A stretch of DNA of 64,000 nucleotides, taken from Myxococcota bacterium. GTDB lineage: Bacteria; Myxococcota_A; Polyangia; Nannocystales; Nannocystaceae. The notes under the pieces were generated by a model. It ran no database searches. It had not been told where the DNA came from and saw only the letters and a program-made list of their open reading frames with translations. Position numbers and translations under genes: made by a program. Shown piece by piece: positions 33,834 to 43,553 of the stretch; position 1 is the first letter of the stretch, and every line of letters starts with the position of its first letter. The stretch is from positions 64,001 through 128,000 of the forward strand of contig JBCCHT010000022.1 of NCBI GenBank assembly GCA_039028615.1, given 5' to 3'.

Positions 33834-35258
33834 ATGGATTGGTCTCGATTGGATACGCGTTGGTGGAACCTCGGAGTGGGCCTGGCCGCCACGACTACGT
33901 TGGCCGCCTGTGGGCCTTCCATCGTACTCGAAGCCGACAGCGAGACCGATGCGATCGAGGACACCGACGCTCCACCCAACGACACCGAGAACACCGTCCC
34001 TCCCCCGGGGCCGGAGTGCACCAACATCACCGACTGCGATCCCGGCTTCGAGTGCATCGACAACCAGTGCATTCCCTATGACGACTACTGCAGCGACGGC
34101 GGCTGTTGTGACGACGGGTGCTGCTACGGCGAGTGCTACTACTACGACTGCTATAGCCACGAAGAGTGCGGCGACGGAGGGCTGTGCAACGACTTCGGCG
34201 AGTGCGAGTACAACGAGCTCGTCCCCGAGTGCGCCGACCCGCCCGAGCTGCTGCCCATGCCCTTGGCCGACTCGACCGCCGACGACGTCGTCGGCCTGGC
34301 CTTCGTCGATGCCAACGGCGACGCGGCGGACGACCTGGTGGTGATGCACGTGTCCGGGAGCACCATCGTGCACCCGGGCGGGGCCGCGGCCGAGCCCTTC
34401 GAGCTGCCCCTGCTCCAGGACAACCCCGTGGTCACCGCGACCTCGGGTGACTTCAACGGCGACGAGGTCTCCGATCTCGCGGTCGCCGACTCCAGCGGGC
34501 GACTCACCGTGCTCAATGGCGACGGCGAGGGGGGCTTCGCGATCGGCTACGAGCTCGACATCGTCCAGCTCGCCCACCAGATTGAAGCGCTCGACTGGAA
34601 CGGCGATGGCGTCCTCGATCTGGCCATCCGCATGGAGGACTCGCAGGTCGCGGTGCTGCTCGGCGACGGCACGGGCGCGCTGGTGGAGCCGGTGCTGCTC
34701 GAGGCGACGTCCATCGTGCGCGACTTCGCCACTGGGCACCTCGATGGCGACGACTTCGACGACGTGGTGCTGCACGACGAGGCCGACATGTATGCGTTCT
34801 TGGGCAACGACGAGGGCGCGATGGACCGCGGCGGCATCGTGTCCGAGCCGCAATACAACGGGCCGCGATACGTCCTCACCAGCGACTTCGACGGCAGCGG
34901 CGTGGACGAAATCTTCGCCCACACCGCGCTGGGCGGCCCGTCTGGCTGGGTCTTGGTCGAGGCCTATCGCGACGGCTCGGCGCTGCCCCCTCAGGCGATC
35001 GACGGCACGGCCGACCACGCGGCGTCGGGCGACATCGATGGCGACGGCACACCCGACGTGGTGTTCGTGAGCGCCGAGTCGGTGGTGTTCGCCCGCGGCA
35101 ACGCAGCCAGCGGCGACGCGCCGGTCATCGACTGCGCCGCCTACTACCAGACGGTCATCGAGACTCCGCTGCTGGCGGTGGGCGACTTCGACGGCAGCGG
35201 GCGCGACGAAATCGCGGTCGGCGGACAGGGCAGCGTCCTGATACTCTCGAACCTCTAG
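33834..35258 (+). CDS. FG-GAP/VCBS repeat lipoprotein with a Cys-rich N-terminal module
   Basis: Lipobox LAAC, a Cys cluster (CTNITDCDPGFECIDNQC..GCCDDGCC), and multiple D.NGD..DL repeats. Confidence 0.88.
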   Translation: MDWSRLDTRWWNLGVGLAATTTLAACGPSIVLEADSETDAIEDTDAPPNDTENTVPPPGPECTNITDCDPGFECIDNQCIPYDDYCSDGGCCDDGCCYGECYYYDCYSHEECGDGGLCNDFGECEYNELVPECADPPELLPMPLADSTADDVVGLAFVDANGDAADDLVVMHVSGSTIVHPGGAAAEPFELPLLQDNPVVTATSGDFNGDEVSDLAVADSSGRLTVLNGDGEGGFAIGYELDIVQLAHQIEALDWNGDGVLDLAIRMEDSQVAVLLGDGTGALVEPVLLEATSIVRDFATGHLDGDDFDDVVLHDEADMYAFLGNDEGAMDRGGIVSEPQYNGPRYVLTSDFDGSGVDEIFAHTALGGPSGWVLVEAYRDGSALPPQAIDGTADHAASGDIDGDGTPDVVFVSAESVVFARGNAASGDAPVIDCAAYYQTVIETPLLAVGDFDGSGRDEIAVGGQGSVLILSNL

Positions 35259-35268
35259 GGTTCGCACG

Positions 35269-37176
35269 ATGGCGGTGACACGACAGCTCGGCTCGCTCGC
35301 CTTCCCGGCGCTGCTGCTCGGCTGCAGTCCCGCCGCGCCCGGGCTCGACGATGACGACGGCGGTGGCGAGACCACGTCGGCGACCGAGGTGCCCGGACCC
35401 GAGGTCATCGAGCTGTCACCCGTCGCGACCCCGGGCGGGCACCTGTACGTGCTCGTCGATGAGCCCATGGTGGACCTGCAGGTCGAGCTTTCGGGCGAGA
35501 CGCTGACCGACCGCGTGCTCTTGCGCGCGGACTGGCCGGGGGCGCTGTTTCGCATTCCGTCGCAGCTGCCGGTCGGGCCCGCCACGCTGGCCGTGCGCCG
35601 CATCCACGAGCCGAACGCGGTCACCGAGCGGACGCTCGAGCTGGTGGAGCCGCGCTTCGTCGATGTCTCGGCCGCGACCGGCCTCGCCCAAGTGCACGAC
35701 GTCACGGGGAGCCCGGCCGAGTGCGCCGAGAGCCACACCGGGCTCGCCTTCGGAGACTACGACGCCGATGGCGAGCCCGACCTGTTCGTGGGCCACGTGG
35801 GTGCGCCGAGCGGGCTGCACCACAACCTCGGCCCCCGCGACTCCGGGCTGCCCCTGTACGAAGAGGTCGCGGCCCAGGTGGGTCTGGGTGGCCTCGATGC
35901 AGTGGCGATGGCGACCTTCGTCGACCTCGAGGGTGACGGCGACCTCGACCTGTTCGTGGGTCGCCGCGGCCCCAACCGAGTGTTTCGCAACCGGCTCGTA
36001 GAAGACGGACAGGCCCGCTTCGAGGACGTCACCGAGGCGCTCGGGCTCGGCGTCTACAACCAGCGCACCATGGGCGTCGCCTTCGGGGACTACGACGCCG
36101 ACGGGGACCTCGACCTGTACGTGGTCAACCACGCGTTCTGTTTTCCGCGGGCCAACAGTGAGGTCCGGGCGGGCGACCACCTGTACCGCAACGACGACGG
36201 CGTGTTCGTCGAGCGCACCGCGCTGCTCGACCTCGACGTGCTGTCGTCGGTGGGCTTCTCCGCCTCGTGGGTCGACGTGGAGCGTGATGGCGACGTCGAC
36301 CTCATCGTCATCAACGACGACGTCGGCGGCGCGATCGGCAACCCGAACGCGCTGTGGCGCAACGATGGGCCCGGCGACGAGCCGGGGGAACATCGCTTCA
36401 CCGACCGCTCCTTCGCCTCGGGCATCGGCATCCCGGGCGCCAACGGCATGGGCCTGGGGCTGGGTGACGTCGACGACGACGGCTTCGTCGATCTGGCCTT
36501 CTCCAACATCGGGGAGAATTTTCTGCTGCTCAACAACGGCGACGGCACCTTCTACGACGCCTCGCAGAACGCGGGCATCGGGCGCGCGAGCATGCCCTGG
36601 GACCGCCCCTCCATCACCTGGGCCACGCACCTTTGGGATCACGACAACGACGGCGATCTCGACCTGTACTTCAGCGGGGGTCGGATCAAGGGCACGGCCC
36701 CCATCGTCGACGCATTCTTCGACAACCTCGGCGACGGCACCTTCGAGGAGCGGACCTGGGCCTCGGGGCTCACCAATCCCGCCTCGGCCAAGGCCTCCGC
36801 GCTGGTCGACCTCGACCGCGATGGCCTCTGGGAGCTGACCACCACCGCGTGGGGCAGCGATCTCCGGGTCTACCGCAACCGCAGCGCCGAGCTGGGGCCC
36901 CGCAATCACTGGCTGGACATCGAGCTTCAGGGGCGCGGGGGCAACCGCGACGCCATTGGAGCCATCGTCGAGCTGAAGACCGCGGCCGGGACTCGGACCT
37001 GCTTCCACACCAACCGTCCCTCCCAAGGTGCGGGTGGGGAAACCCCGTGCCACTTCGGGCTGGGGACCCACGACCACATCGAGTCGCTGCGCATCGAGTG
37101 GCCGGACGGCAGCATCTCCGAGCCCACCCCGCCCGCCGTCGATCAGCGAGTGCGACTGGTGCAAGACGGTTCGTGA
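35269..37176 (+). CDS. CRTAC1-family FG-GAP + ASPIC/UnbV lipoprotein
   Basis: Lipobox LLGC, GDYDADG..DL repeats, and C-terminal HWL.IEL.G...NRDAIGA.V...HFGLG...L.IEWPDG. Confidence 0.9.
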   Translation: MAVTRQLGSLAFPALLLGCSPAAPGLDDDDGGGETTSATEVPGPEVIELSPVATPGGHLYVLVDEPMVDLQVELSGETLTDRVLLRADWPGALFRIPSQLPVGPATLAVRRIHEPNAVTERTLELVEPRFVDVSAATGLAQVHDVTGSPAECAESHTGLAFGDYDADGEPDLFVGHVGAPSGLHHNLGPRDSGLPLYEEVAAQVGLGGLDAVAMATFVDLEGDGDLDLFVGRRGPNRVFRNRLVEDGQARFEDVTEALGLGVYNQRTMGVAFGDYDADGDLDLYVVNHAFCFPRANSEVRAGDHLYRNDDGVFVERTALLDLDVLSSVGFSASWVDVERDGDVDLIVINDDVGGAIGNPNALWRNDGPGDEPGEHRFTDRSFASGIGIPGANGMGLGLGDVDDDGFVDLAFSNIGENFLLLNNGDGTFYDASQNAGIGRASMPWDRPSITWATHLWDHDNDGDLDLYFSGGRIKGTAPIVDAFFDNLGDGTFEERTWASGLTNPASAKASALVDLDRDGLWELTTTAWGSDLRVYRNRSAELGPRNHWLDIELQGRGGNRDAIGAIVELKTAAGTRTCFHTNRPSQGAGGETPCHFGLGTHDHIESLRIEWPDGSISEPTPPAVDQRVRLVQDGS

Positions 37177-37219
37177 GCCCGTCTTGATGGACGGCGCGGC
37201 CGCGACGTATTCTCCGTGC

Positions 37220-38119
37220 GTGATCCGCCGCGTTCGTGGGCCCTCAGTCTCTGCCCTGGCGCTGGGCCTCGCCACCCTCGTGGGCCTGCCCCGCGTGGCC
37301 TCGGCCTCGGTGTCGGCCCCTGCCCCCGAGTCCGAGCCCGCTGCAGCCGACCCCGCCATGGAGCAGGCCCAGCAGCTGTACTCCGAGGGGCAAGTGCTCT
37401 ACTCGGCCGCGAACTACACGGGCGCCATCGACAAGTTCACGCAGGCGCTGGCGATCATCTCGCGGCCCGATGCGAGCTTCGACTCCGAGGTGCGAGGGCT
37501 GCTGCTGTACAACCTCGCCACCGCGCACGACCGGGCCTTCAACGTCGAGGGTGATCTCAAGCACCTGCGAACCGCTCGCGAGCTGTTCGGGCGCATCGTC
37601 GACGAAGCGCAGATCCACGGCTACTCCGAAGACCTCGTCGCCCAGGCCGCGGAGCAACGCGACCGCGTCGACGCCCGACTCGCCGAGGCCAGAAAGGCTG
37701 CCGCGCCCGAGCCCGAGCCGGAACCGGAGCCCGAACCCGAACCCGAACCGGAGCCCGAACCCGAGCCCAAGTCGGCCGGTCGCGCGCTCACCATCACGGG
37801 CGGGGTGGTGACCGGCATCGGGCTCGCCTCCTCCGCCATCTGGGTCGTGGGCATGATCAACGCGGGCGATGCCACCGACACCATCGAAGCCGCCAACACC
37901 CTCGGTCAGGAGAACGACAGGGTCGACGCCTTCGATCGGGGCGCGCAGGCCAACACGTTGATCGTGGCCGGGGCCGTCGTCTCCGGGGTCCTCACCGCGG
38001 CCGGCATCGGCCTGTTGGTGACCGGGCAAGTCATCTCCCGCCGGGACCGCAACGAGGTCGCCTGTGCTCCCGCCCTCGGCCCCCGCATGGCCGGCATGGG
38101 CTGCTCGATTCGCTTCTGA
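37220..38119 (+). CDS. Secreted TPR protein with an EP repeat, two Gly-rich hydrophobic helices and terminal Phe
   Basis: GTG 37220, signal peptide, TPR (AQQLYSEG..Y.GAI.KF.QA, LLYNLA), (PE)10, and C-terminus AGMGCSIRF. Confidence 0.82.
   Translation: MIRRVRGPSVSALALGLATLVGLPRVASASVSAPAPESEPAAADPAMEQAQQLYSEGQVLYSAANYTGAIDKFTQALAIISRPDASFDSEVRGLLLYNLATAHDRAFNVEGDLKHLRTARELFGRIVDEAQIHGYSEDLVAQAAEQRDRVDARLAEARKAAAPEPEPEPEPEPEPEPEPEPEPKSAGRALTITGGVVTGIGLASSAIWVVGMINAGDATDTIEAANTLGQENDRVDAFDRGAQANTLIVAGAVVSGVLTAAGIGLLVTGQVISRRDRNEVACAPALGPRMAGMGCSIRF
37706..37768 (+). repeat. Coding hexamer tandem repeat (Pro-Glu)x10
   Basis: CCSGAR units with synonymous variation. Confidence 0.9.
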
Positions 38120-38129
38120 GGGTTCCACC

Positions 38130-39512
38130 ATGACCATCGCTCGCTCCTCCATCGTGTGCGCGTCGCTCATCGCCGCCGGCCTCCTGGGCGGCTGCTTCAG
38201 CGCGGAAGTGGCCCGGGACCTGCCCTGCTCCAACGACGCCACCTGCGGCCCCGACCTCAGCTGCATCTTCGGCTACTGCCGTGACCCCGGCACCGATCCC
38301 ATGGCCACCTGCGGCGACGGCCAGACCGCCCAAGGCGAGTTCTGCTTCCCCGAGTCCACCGAGGTCGAGGTCGGCTTCGTCGGGACCCTGCGCGATGCGG
38401 TCTGGGCCGACTTCGACGGCAACGGCTACGTCGACGCCCTCACCGTCTCCGAGGCGCTCGATCTCCAGCTCAACGGCGGCGATCGGACCTTCGAGTCGAT
38501 CAACATCGAGCTGGTGTTCACCGCCGAGGACATCCGAGCGCTCGGGGTCGAGCTCCAAGACCCTCCGATGCCCCCGGTCGAGCAGATCTTCGTCGCGGCT
38601 CAGCCCCGGACGGGCGCATCGGGCAACTTCAGCGGCGACTCGCTCCCCGATGTCGTACTGGCCATGGAGTTCGTGTCCAACTCCGACGCTCTGGTCGTCA
38701 CCGAAGGGCTGGGCCGACTCAACAACCACCTGTGGATCGGGGTCAACGACAAAGCCAGCGACCTGATGCTCTTGCCCACCGTCGACTCCGACTTCGAGGC
38801 CACCCGCCTCATCGGACCGCGCAGCCTGGTGGCGGGAGACTTCGATGGCGATGGCAACGGTGACGTCGTCGCTCAGATCGCGACCGGCTCGGGTGCCGAG
38901 GCGGTGATGATGCGGGGCAGCGGCAACTCGTCGCTCAGCAACCCCATCCCGCTGCCGCTGACCACCGCCAATCCGCTGAGCGTCGGCGACTTCAATGCCG
39001 ACGGCATCGACGATCTGGCGGCCTATGACGCCCAGGTCGCCAGCTTCTCCGTCGTCTTGGGCCCCCTCGACGGGCCCGACGAGGTTCCCGTTCCCCAGAC
39101 CTTCTCGCTCCCCATGTCGCCCAGCGCGCTCGAGCTCGCCGACCTCGACGGCGACGGCAACCTCGACATCCTCGTCGGCTTCGGCGAAGAGGGCCTCGCC
39201 ATGCAGCCCTGGCTCGGCGACGGCGCGGGCGAGTTCGTCGAAGGTCCGCTCTCCACCACCGCCGACACCTCGCCGCTCATCACCCTCGCCACCACCGACT
39301 TCGACGGCGACGGAAACCTCGACGTCGTCACCTCGAGCAACGACGGCCTGTTCATCCACCCCGGCTACGGTGAGGGAGAGTTCGGCACCGGGTTCGCCCT
39401 ACGCGACGTGCCGACCACGCTCGTCGAGAGCTTCCAGCTCGACTCCGACACCGCGCCCGACATCATTACGTTCAGCCCGAACCGGGCGGCGCTGCTCTTC
39501 GGCGATCCGTAG
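38130..39512 (+). CDS. FG-GAP/VCBS repeat lipoprotein
   Basis: Lipobox LLGGC, Cys-rich segment (CSNDATC..C..GYC, CGDG..GEFC), and DFDGDG repeats. Confidence 0.88.
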   Translation: MTIARSSIVCASLIAAGLLGGCFSAEVARDLPCSNDATCGPDLSCIFGYCRDPGTDPMATCGDGQTAQGEFCFPESTEVEVGFVGTLRDAVWADFDGNGYVDALTVSEALDLQLNGGDRTFESINIELVFTAEDIRALGVELQDPPMPPVEQIFVAAQPRTGASGNFSGDSLPDVVLAMEFVSNSDALVVTEGLGRLNNHLWIGVNDKASDLMLLPTVDSDFEATRLIGPRSLVAGDFDGDGNGDVVAQIATGSGAEAVMMRGSGNSSLSNPIPLPLTTANPLSVGDFNADGIDDLAAYDAQVASFSVVLGPLDGPDEVPVPQTFSLPMSPSALELADLDGDGNLDILVGFGEEGLAMQPWLGDGAGEFVEGPLSTTADTSPLITLATTDFDGDGNLDVVTSSNDGLFIHPGYGEGEFGTGFALRDVPTTLVESFQLDSDTAPDIITFSPNRAALLFGDP

Positions 39513-39536
39513 GCCCTCGGTCGACGCTGGCCGACG

Positions 39537-40406
39537 TCAGTGCGCCTGGACGAGCGGGGCGAAGAACCCTCGCAGCGCATCGGCGACCTCGACGGGCGTG
39601 TCGAGGTGCAGGTGATGCCCGCCCGTCAGCTCGACCATCTCCGAGTCTTGCAGGGCGGAGACCCGGGCGCTCATGGGCTTGGGCGCGAACGGGAAGCCCT
39701 CCGAGCCCCGCACCATGAAGGTCGGGCAGGTGATGGCCTTCAGGAACACGATCACCTGCTCTTCGGTGAGCCGCAGGCGCGAGGCGATGCGTAGCCGCGG
39801 GTCGCTGCGCCAGGTGACGCCGCCGCCCTCCACGGGCTTCAGGCCGCGCTCGCACAGCACCTTCGCGGCCTCGGGTGACAGGCGGCTCATCGAAGCCCCG
39901 AGGCGGCGCACCGCTTCGTCGACGCCGGGATACACGGGCGGCTTCCGCCCCTGACGGCGGGCCTCCTCTTCGAGCGACCGCGCCAGACGCTCGGCGGCAT
40001 GCTGAGGATCCTCGGTGACCGGGCCCAAGCCCTCGATGAGGGCGAGTCGCTGCACTCGAGCGGGGAAGGTGCCCGCGTAGATCGAGCTCAGTGCCGCCCC
40101 CAGCGAGTGGCCGAGCATGCAGAAGCGGTTCCAGCCCAAGGCCACGGTGGCCTCGTGGATCCGCGCCACCGTGTCGATGAAGGCGTAGCCCTGCCCGGGT
40201 CCGGCGTGCTCCGAGTGGCCGTGTCCGGGCAGGTCGAGGCAGACCAACCGCAGACCGGGCAGCCGCGGGGCGATGAGATCGAAGGTCGCGGCGTTGTCGA
40301 GCCAGCCGTGCAGGGCGAGGGTGGGCACCCCATCGGCCGGGCCCCAGGCGCGCGCCCGCAGGCGCAGGGTGGGGATTTCGATGGTGATCTCCTCGGGCGT
40401 GCTCAT
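39537..40406 (-). CDS. Alpha/beta hydrolase (SERHL-like)
   Basis: LHGWLDNA, DLPGHG, GHSLG nucleophile elbow, and GGHHLH. Confidence 0.92.
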   Translation of the reverse strand: MSTPEEITIEIPTLRLRARAWGPADGVPTLALHGWLDNAATFDLIAPRLPGLRLVCLDLPGHGHSEHAGPGQGYAFIDTVARIHEATVALGWNRFCMLGHSLGAALSSIYAGTFPARVQRLALIEGLGPVTEDPQHAAERLARSLEEEARRQGRKPPVYPGVDEAVRRLGASMSRLSPEAAKVLCERGLKPVEGGGVTWRSDPRLRIASRLRLTEEQVIVFLKAITCPTFMVRGSEGFPFAPKPMSARVSALQDSEMVELTGGHHLHLDTPVEVADALRGFFAPLVQAH

Positions 40407-40459
40407 CGACCCGTGTTTCATCGCAGCAAAGCCGCGATTGAGCAAGCACCCGCGGGGAG

Positions 40460-41302
40460 TCAGGCCGCGGCGGGCTTGCGGAACTTCAGCACGAAGCGAT
40501 CGCTGAGTTCCTCCCGTTCGCCTCGCCAGGGCAGCGCGTTCCAGTCCCGCGTGTCGGCGGGGTTGCGGAAGAAGTCGGCCTGCTCGATCAGTTCGAAACC
40601 GACCGCTTCGAGCTCGGCGCGGACGAGCGCCTCTTCGACGCGATGCAAGGTCTTGGAGCCGCTGACTCCGGCCCCGTCGGCCGCGCTGTGATCGACGAGG
40701 ACGTACTCGCCTCCGGGGCGCAGAGCGTCGAACACGGCAGCACAGTGCGCGGCCCGGTCGACCTCCTGCCAGGCGAAGTCGTGGTAAAACATGATGTTGA
40801 CGACCATGTCGAGGTCGCGCAGATCGGCGGGGAACGGGTCGTCGAACTCGCGATCGAGCCGCACCACGTTGGCCATGGGCGGGGTGGCGAGCCGAGCCGA
40901 CCAGCCCTCTTCGGCGAAGCGCTCGAGCACGAAGGTGGGGTTCTGCCCGTAGACGGTGCCCTCGGAGCCCACCGCACGGGCGAGCAGCTCGGTAGTGTAG
41001 CCGGTCCCCGCCCCGATGTCCGCGACCTTCATGCCGGGGCGCAGCTTCATGAAGCCGAGTAGCTCGGCGGGCTGACGGCGCTCGTCGGTCTTGCGATCGC
41101 GATCGGTTCGATCCTCGGCCGCGACGATGGCCTCGATCTGTGTCGCGCTGAGCGGCGTGACCTCAGGCTCCGGCTCCGGCTCCGAGAGCGGCTTGGCGAC
41201 CGAGGGCGGCTCGGGCACGGGGGGCTCGGCCGCGGGCGGAGGGCTCGACGAGCAGGCCACGGTGAGCGCCAGGGGAACCAGGGACGCGAGGACGCGGGTC
41301 AC
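40460..41302 (-). CDS. Predicted SAM-dependent methyltransferase lipoprotein (COG4798-like)
   Basis: GTG 41302, lipobox LTVAC, R.P.ELL.F..L.PGM.VADIGAGTGYT, YHD, LHR, NPAD and DRFVLKF. Confidence 0.85.
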   Translation of the reverse strand: MTRVLASLVPLALTVACSSSPPPAAEPPVPEPPSVAKPLSEPEPEPEVTPLSATQIEAIVAAEDRTDRDRKTDERRQPAELLGFMKLRPGMKVADIGAGTGYTTELLARAVGSEGTVYGQNPTFVLERFAEEGWSARLATPPMANVVRLDREFDDPFPADLRDLDMVVNIMFYHDFAWQEVDRAAHCAAVFDALRPGGEYVLVDHSAADGAGVSGSKTLHRVEEALVRAELEAVGFELIEQADFFRNPADTRDWNALPWRGEREELSDRFVLKFRKPAAA

Positions 41303-41367
41303 GATATCGAGGGTAGAGCACCCGCGGCCGAGCGTGGGGCGCCGCGGCGGCCCCAGCGGCGAACTTC

Positions 41368-42894
41368 TCAGGCCGAGGCGGCGCGACGCAGGCGAATGAC
41401 GAACCGTGCGCCACCCAGCGGTGACGCGTCGATCCAAATCTCGCCGCCGTGGTCGAGCACGATCTTCTTGACGATGGCCAGCCCCAGCCCGGTGCCGGAC
41501 TTACGCGAGGTCTCGTAAGGCTCGAAGACCCTCTCGCGCTGCTCGGCCGGGATGCCGGGGCCGTTGTCGTCGACGGACACCACGACGAACTCGGGGTCGA
41601 CCTTGGCGCTCACCTCGACCTTGACCCCGCCCGGCTGCACCTCGCGCGCCGAGAGCACGGCGTTCTCCACGAGGTTCACCAGCGCTTGCTTGAGCAGCTG
41701 GCGGTCGGCCATGACCTCGGGGTCCTCGTCCGGCACGAGCACGCGCAGCTCGCCGCCTTCGTCCTCGCCCAGGTGACCGTAGGCCCGCTCGAACTCTCCG
41801 AGCACCCGCGACAAGGGCTCCGAGGCCAGGCGTACCTGCGGCACCTTGGCGAACTGCGAGAAGCTGGAGACCATGCGTCGCAGGCCTTCGACCTCGTCTT
41901 CGACGATCTCGACCGAGGTCCGCAGCATGGCGGAAAAGCGAGGATCGAGCCCAGGGTCCTTCTCGCGCAGCTGCTGCACCGCCAGCTGGATGGGCGTCAG
42001 AGGGTTTTTGATCTCGTGGGCGATGCGCCGCGCCATGCCCTGCCACGCGCCGATGCGCTGGAGGTAGGCGACCCGCTGCTGGGCCTGGGCGAGCTCGTCG
42101 AGCATGAGGTTGAAGGCGCGCGCGAGCGAGGCCAGCTCGTCGCGGCCTTGCGCGGCCGCCCGCACGTCGAGGTCTCCCTCCGCCACGCGGGCCATCGCTC
42201 GAGACAGCTCGGTCGCCCGCCGTGTGGTGGCCCGCGCCACGACCACGCCCGCCGCGATGGCCACCAGCAGCACGAGCAGGCCCGCGACGAGCACGACCTC
42301 GATGACCGCTTCTTCGACGACGCTCTGATCGCTGCGCTGAGCCTCGATCTCCCGCTGTCGCTGCCCCAGCGCCTGGTAGCGACGATCGATGGCGGGATCG
42401 ATGCCGAACACCACCCGGAGCTCACCCGCGCTGTCCCCCTCTCCCTCGGCCGCGGGCAAGGGCACGGCGACGTCGTAGGTCTGCCATTGTTCGTCCTCGT
42501 CGACGACCAGGCGCCGCACTTCGTAGGTCCGGCCCGTGCGCGCGCGGAACCCCAGCTCGCGGACATCGGGCTCGCGCTGGAACACGGCCTCGAGCACTGG
42601 TTTGGGCTCGGTGCCCAGGGCGGGCAAGGTCAGCGCGATGAGCCGCGCCCGCGACTCGAAGGCCGTGATGTGGGCCTCGATGAGCTCGCGATGGACGGGC
42701 TCGACGTCGCGGGTGAGCTGTCGGCTCTGCTCGAGGCTCTCGACCAGGCGGGCGTCGAAGTAGTCGACCGACAGCCTCGCGACGTACAGCGACGCCCCCA
42801 CGCTGATGACCCCCAAGACCACCAGCGCCGCGGCGACCCGGACGCCCAGGCGGCCCCACAGAGGGATCGGCGTCAGCAATCGCGGCTCGCTCAT
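41368..42894 (-). CDS. HAMP sensor histidine kinase, NtrY-like
   Basis: Two TMs, HAMP (DELASLARAFN), H-box AHEIKNPLTPIQL, NLVENA, DNGPGI and GTGLGL. ATGA overlap with the upstream gene. Confidence 0.93.
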   Translation of the reverse strand: MSEPRLLTPIPLWGRLGVRVAAALVVLGVISVGASLYVARLSVDYFDARLVESLEQSRQLTRDVEPVHRELIEAHITAFESRARLIALTLPALGTEPKPVLEAVFQREPDVRELGFRARTGRTYEVRRLVVDEDEQWQTYDVAVPLPAAEGEGDSAGELRVVFGIDPAIDRRYQALGQRQREIEAQRSDQSVVEEAVIEVVLVAGLLVLLVAIAAGVVVARATTRRATELSRAMARVAEGDLDVRAAAQGRDELASLARAFNLMLDELAQAQQRVAYLQRIGAWQGMARRIAHEIKNPLTPIQLAVQQLREKDPGLDPRFSAMLRTSVEIVEDEVEGLRRMVSSFSQFAKVPQVRLASEPLSRVLGEFERAYGHLGEDEGGELRVLVPDEDPEVMADRQLLKQALVNLVENAVLSAREVQPGGVKVEVSAKVDPEFVVVSVDDNGPGIPAEQRERVFEPYETSRKSGTGLGLAIVKKIVLDHGGEIWIDASPLGGARFVIRLRRAASA

Positions 42895-43553
42895 CGGGGC
42901 ACCAGGAAGAACGGGTTGGTGCGAACGTGCACGACCTTCTCGGCCTTGGCTCGCTCTCCGGCCAGGGTCTCGACCAAGCGCCGAAACCACTCGGCGTCAC
43001 GGCCCTGGCCGCGATGGGTCTCGGTACCTCGACCTCCGCCCCGCCCCCGTCGCAAGGGGTTGCGCATGGCCACGATCTCGACGAAGTAAAACGGCCCCGC
43101 GTCGCCGCCCCGCGTGAGCAACGAGGCGGAGCAGACCTTGATGCCATCGAGGGTCACCGCCGCCGCGATGGCGTCGGAGCGCTTGGTGAAGCTGCGCTTG
43201 CTCCACCCCGAGCTGCCCTTGGTGCGCAGCAGGTAGTGCTTCTTCCACGGGTCACGCCGCAGCTTCATCACCACCGTGCGAGTGGCCACGCGCTGCCGGG
43301 TCCCGTGCTCCCAGACCCGCAGCGTGTACTCCATGGTGGTGTCGAAGCCGGAGTCGATGGAGTCGAGCGCCTCTTGGTCGTTGGCCCGGATGAGCGCGGG
43401 CAGGCTCACCGTCATCTGGATGGAGTTGCCGACCTCGGTGAACTCGGCCGACTTCTGGACGAGGCTCTCGGGGCGCACGAACGCCACCAAGGGCAGGCTG
43501 AGCAGGCCCCCGAGGATGGTCCGACGACGCAAGGACGGCCCGGGCCCGCTCAT
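42891..43553 (-). CDS. DUF4390-like exported protein
   Basis: ATG 43553, RRR-containing signal, ALDSIDSGF.T...Y and (L)R.DPW...Y. Located directly upstream of the NtrY-like kinase, as is typical of DUF4390. Confidence 0.65.
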   Translation of the reverse strand: MSGPGPSLRRRTILGGLLSLPLVAFVRPESLVQKSAEFTEVGNSIQMTVSLPALIRANDQEALDSIDSGFDTTMEYTLRVWEHGTRQRVATRTVVMKLRRDPWKKHYLLRTKGSSGWSKRSFTKRSDAIAAAVTLDGIKVCSASLLTRGGDAGPFYFVEIVAMRNPLRRGRGGGRGTETHRGQGRDAEWFRRLVETLAGERAKAEKVVHVRTNPFFLVPR

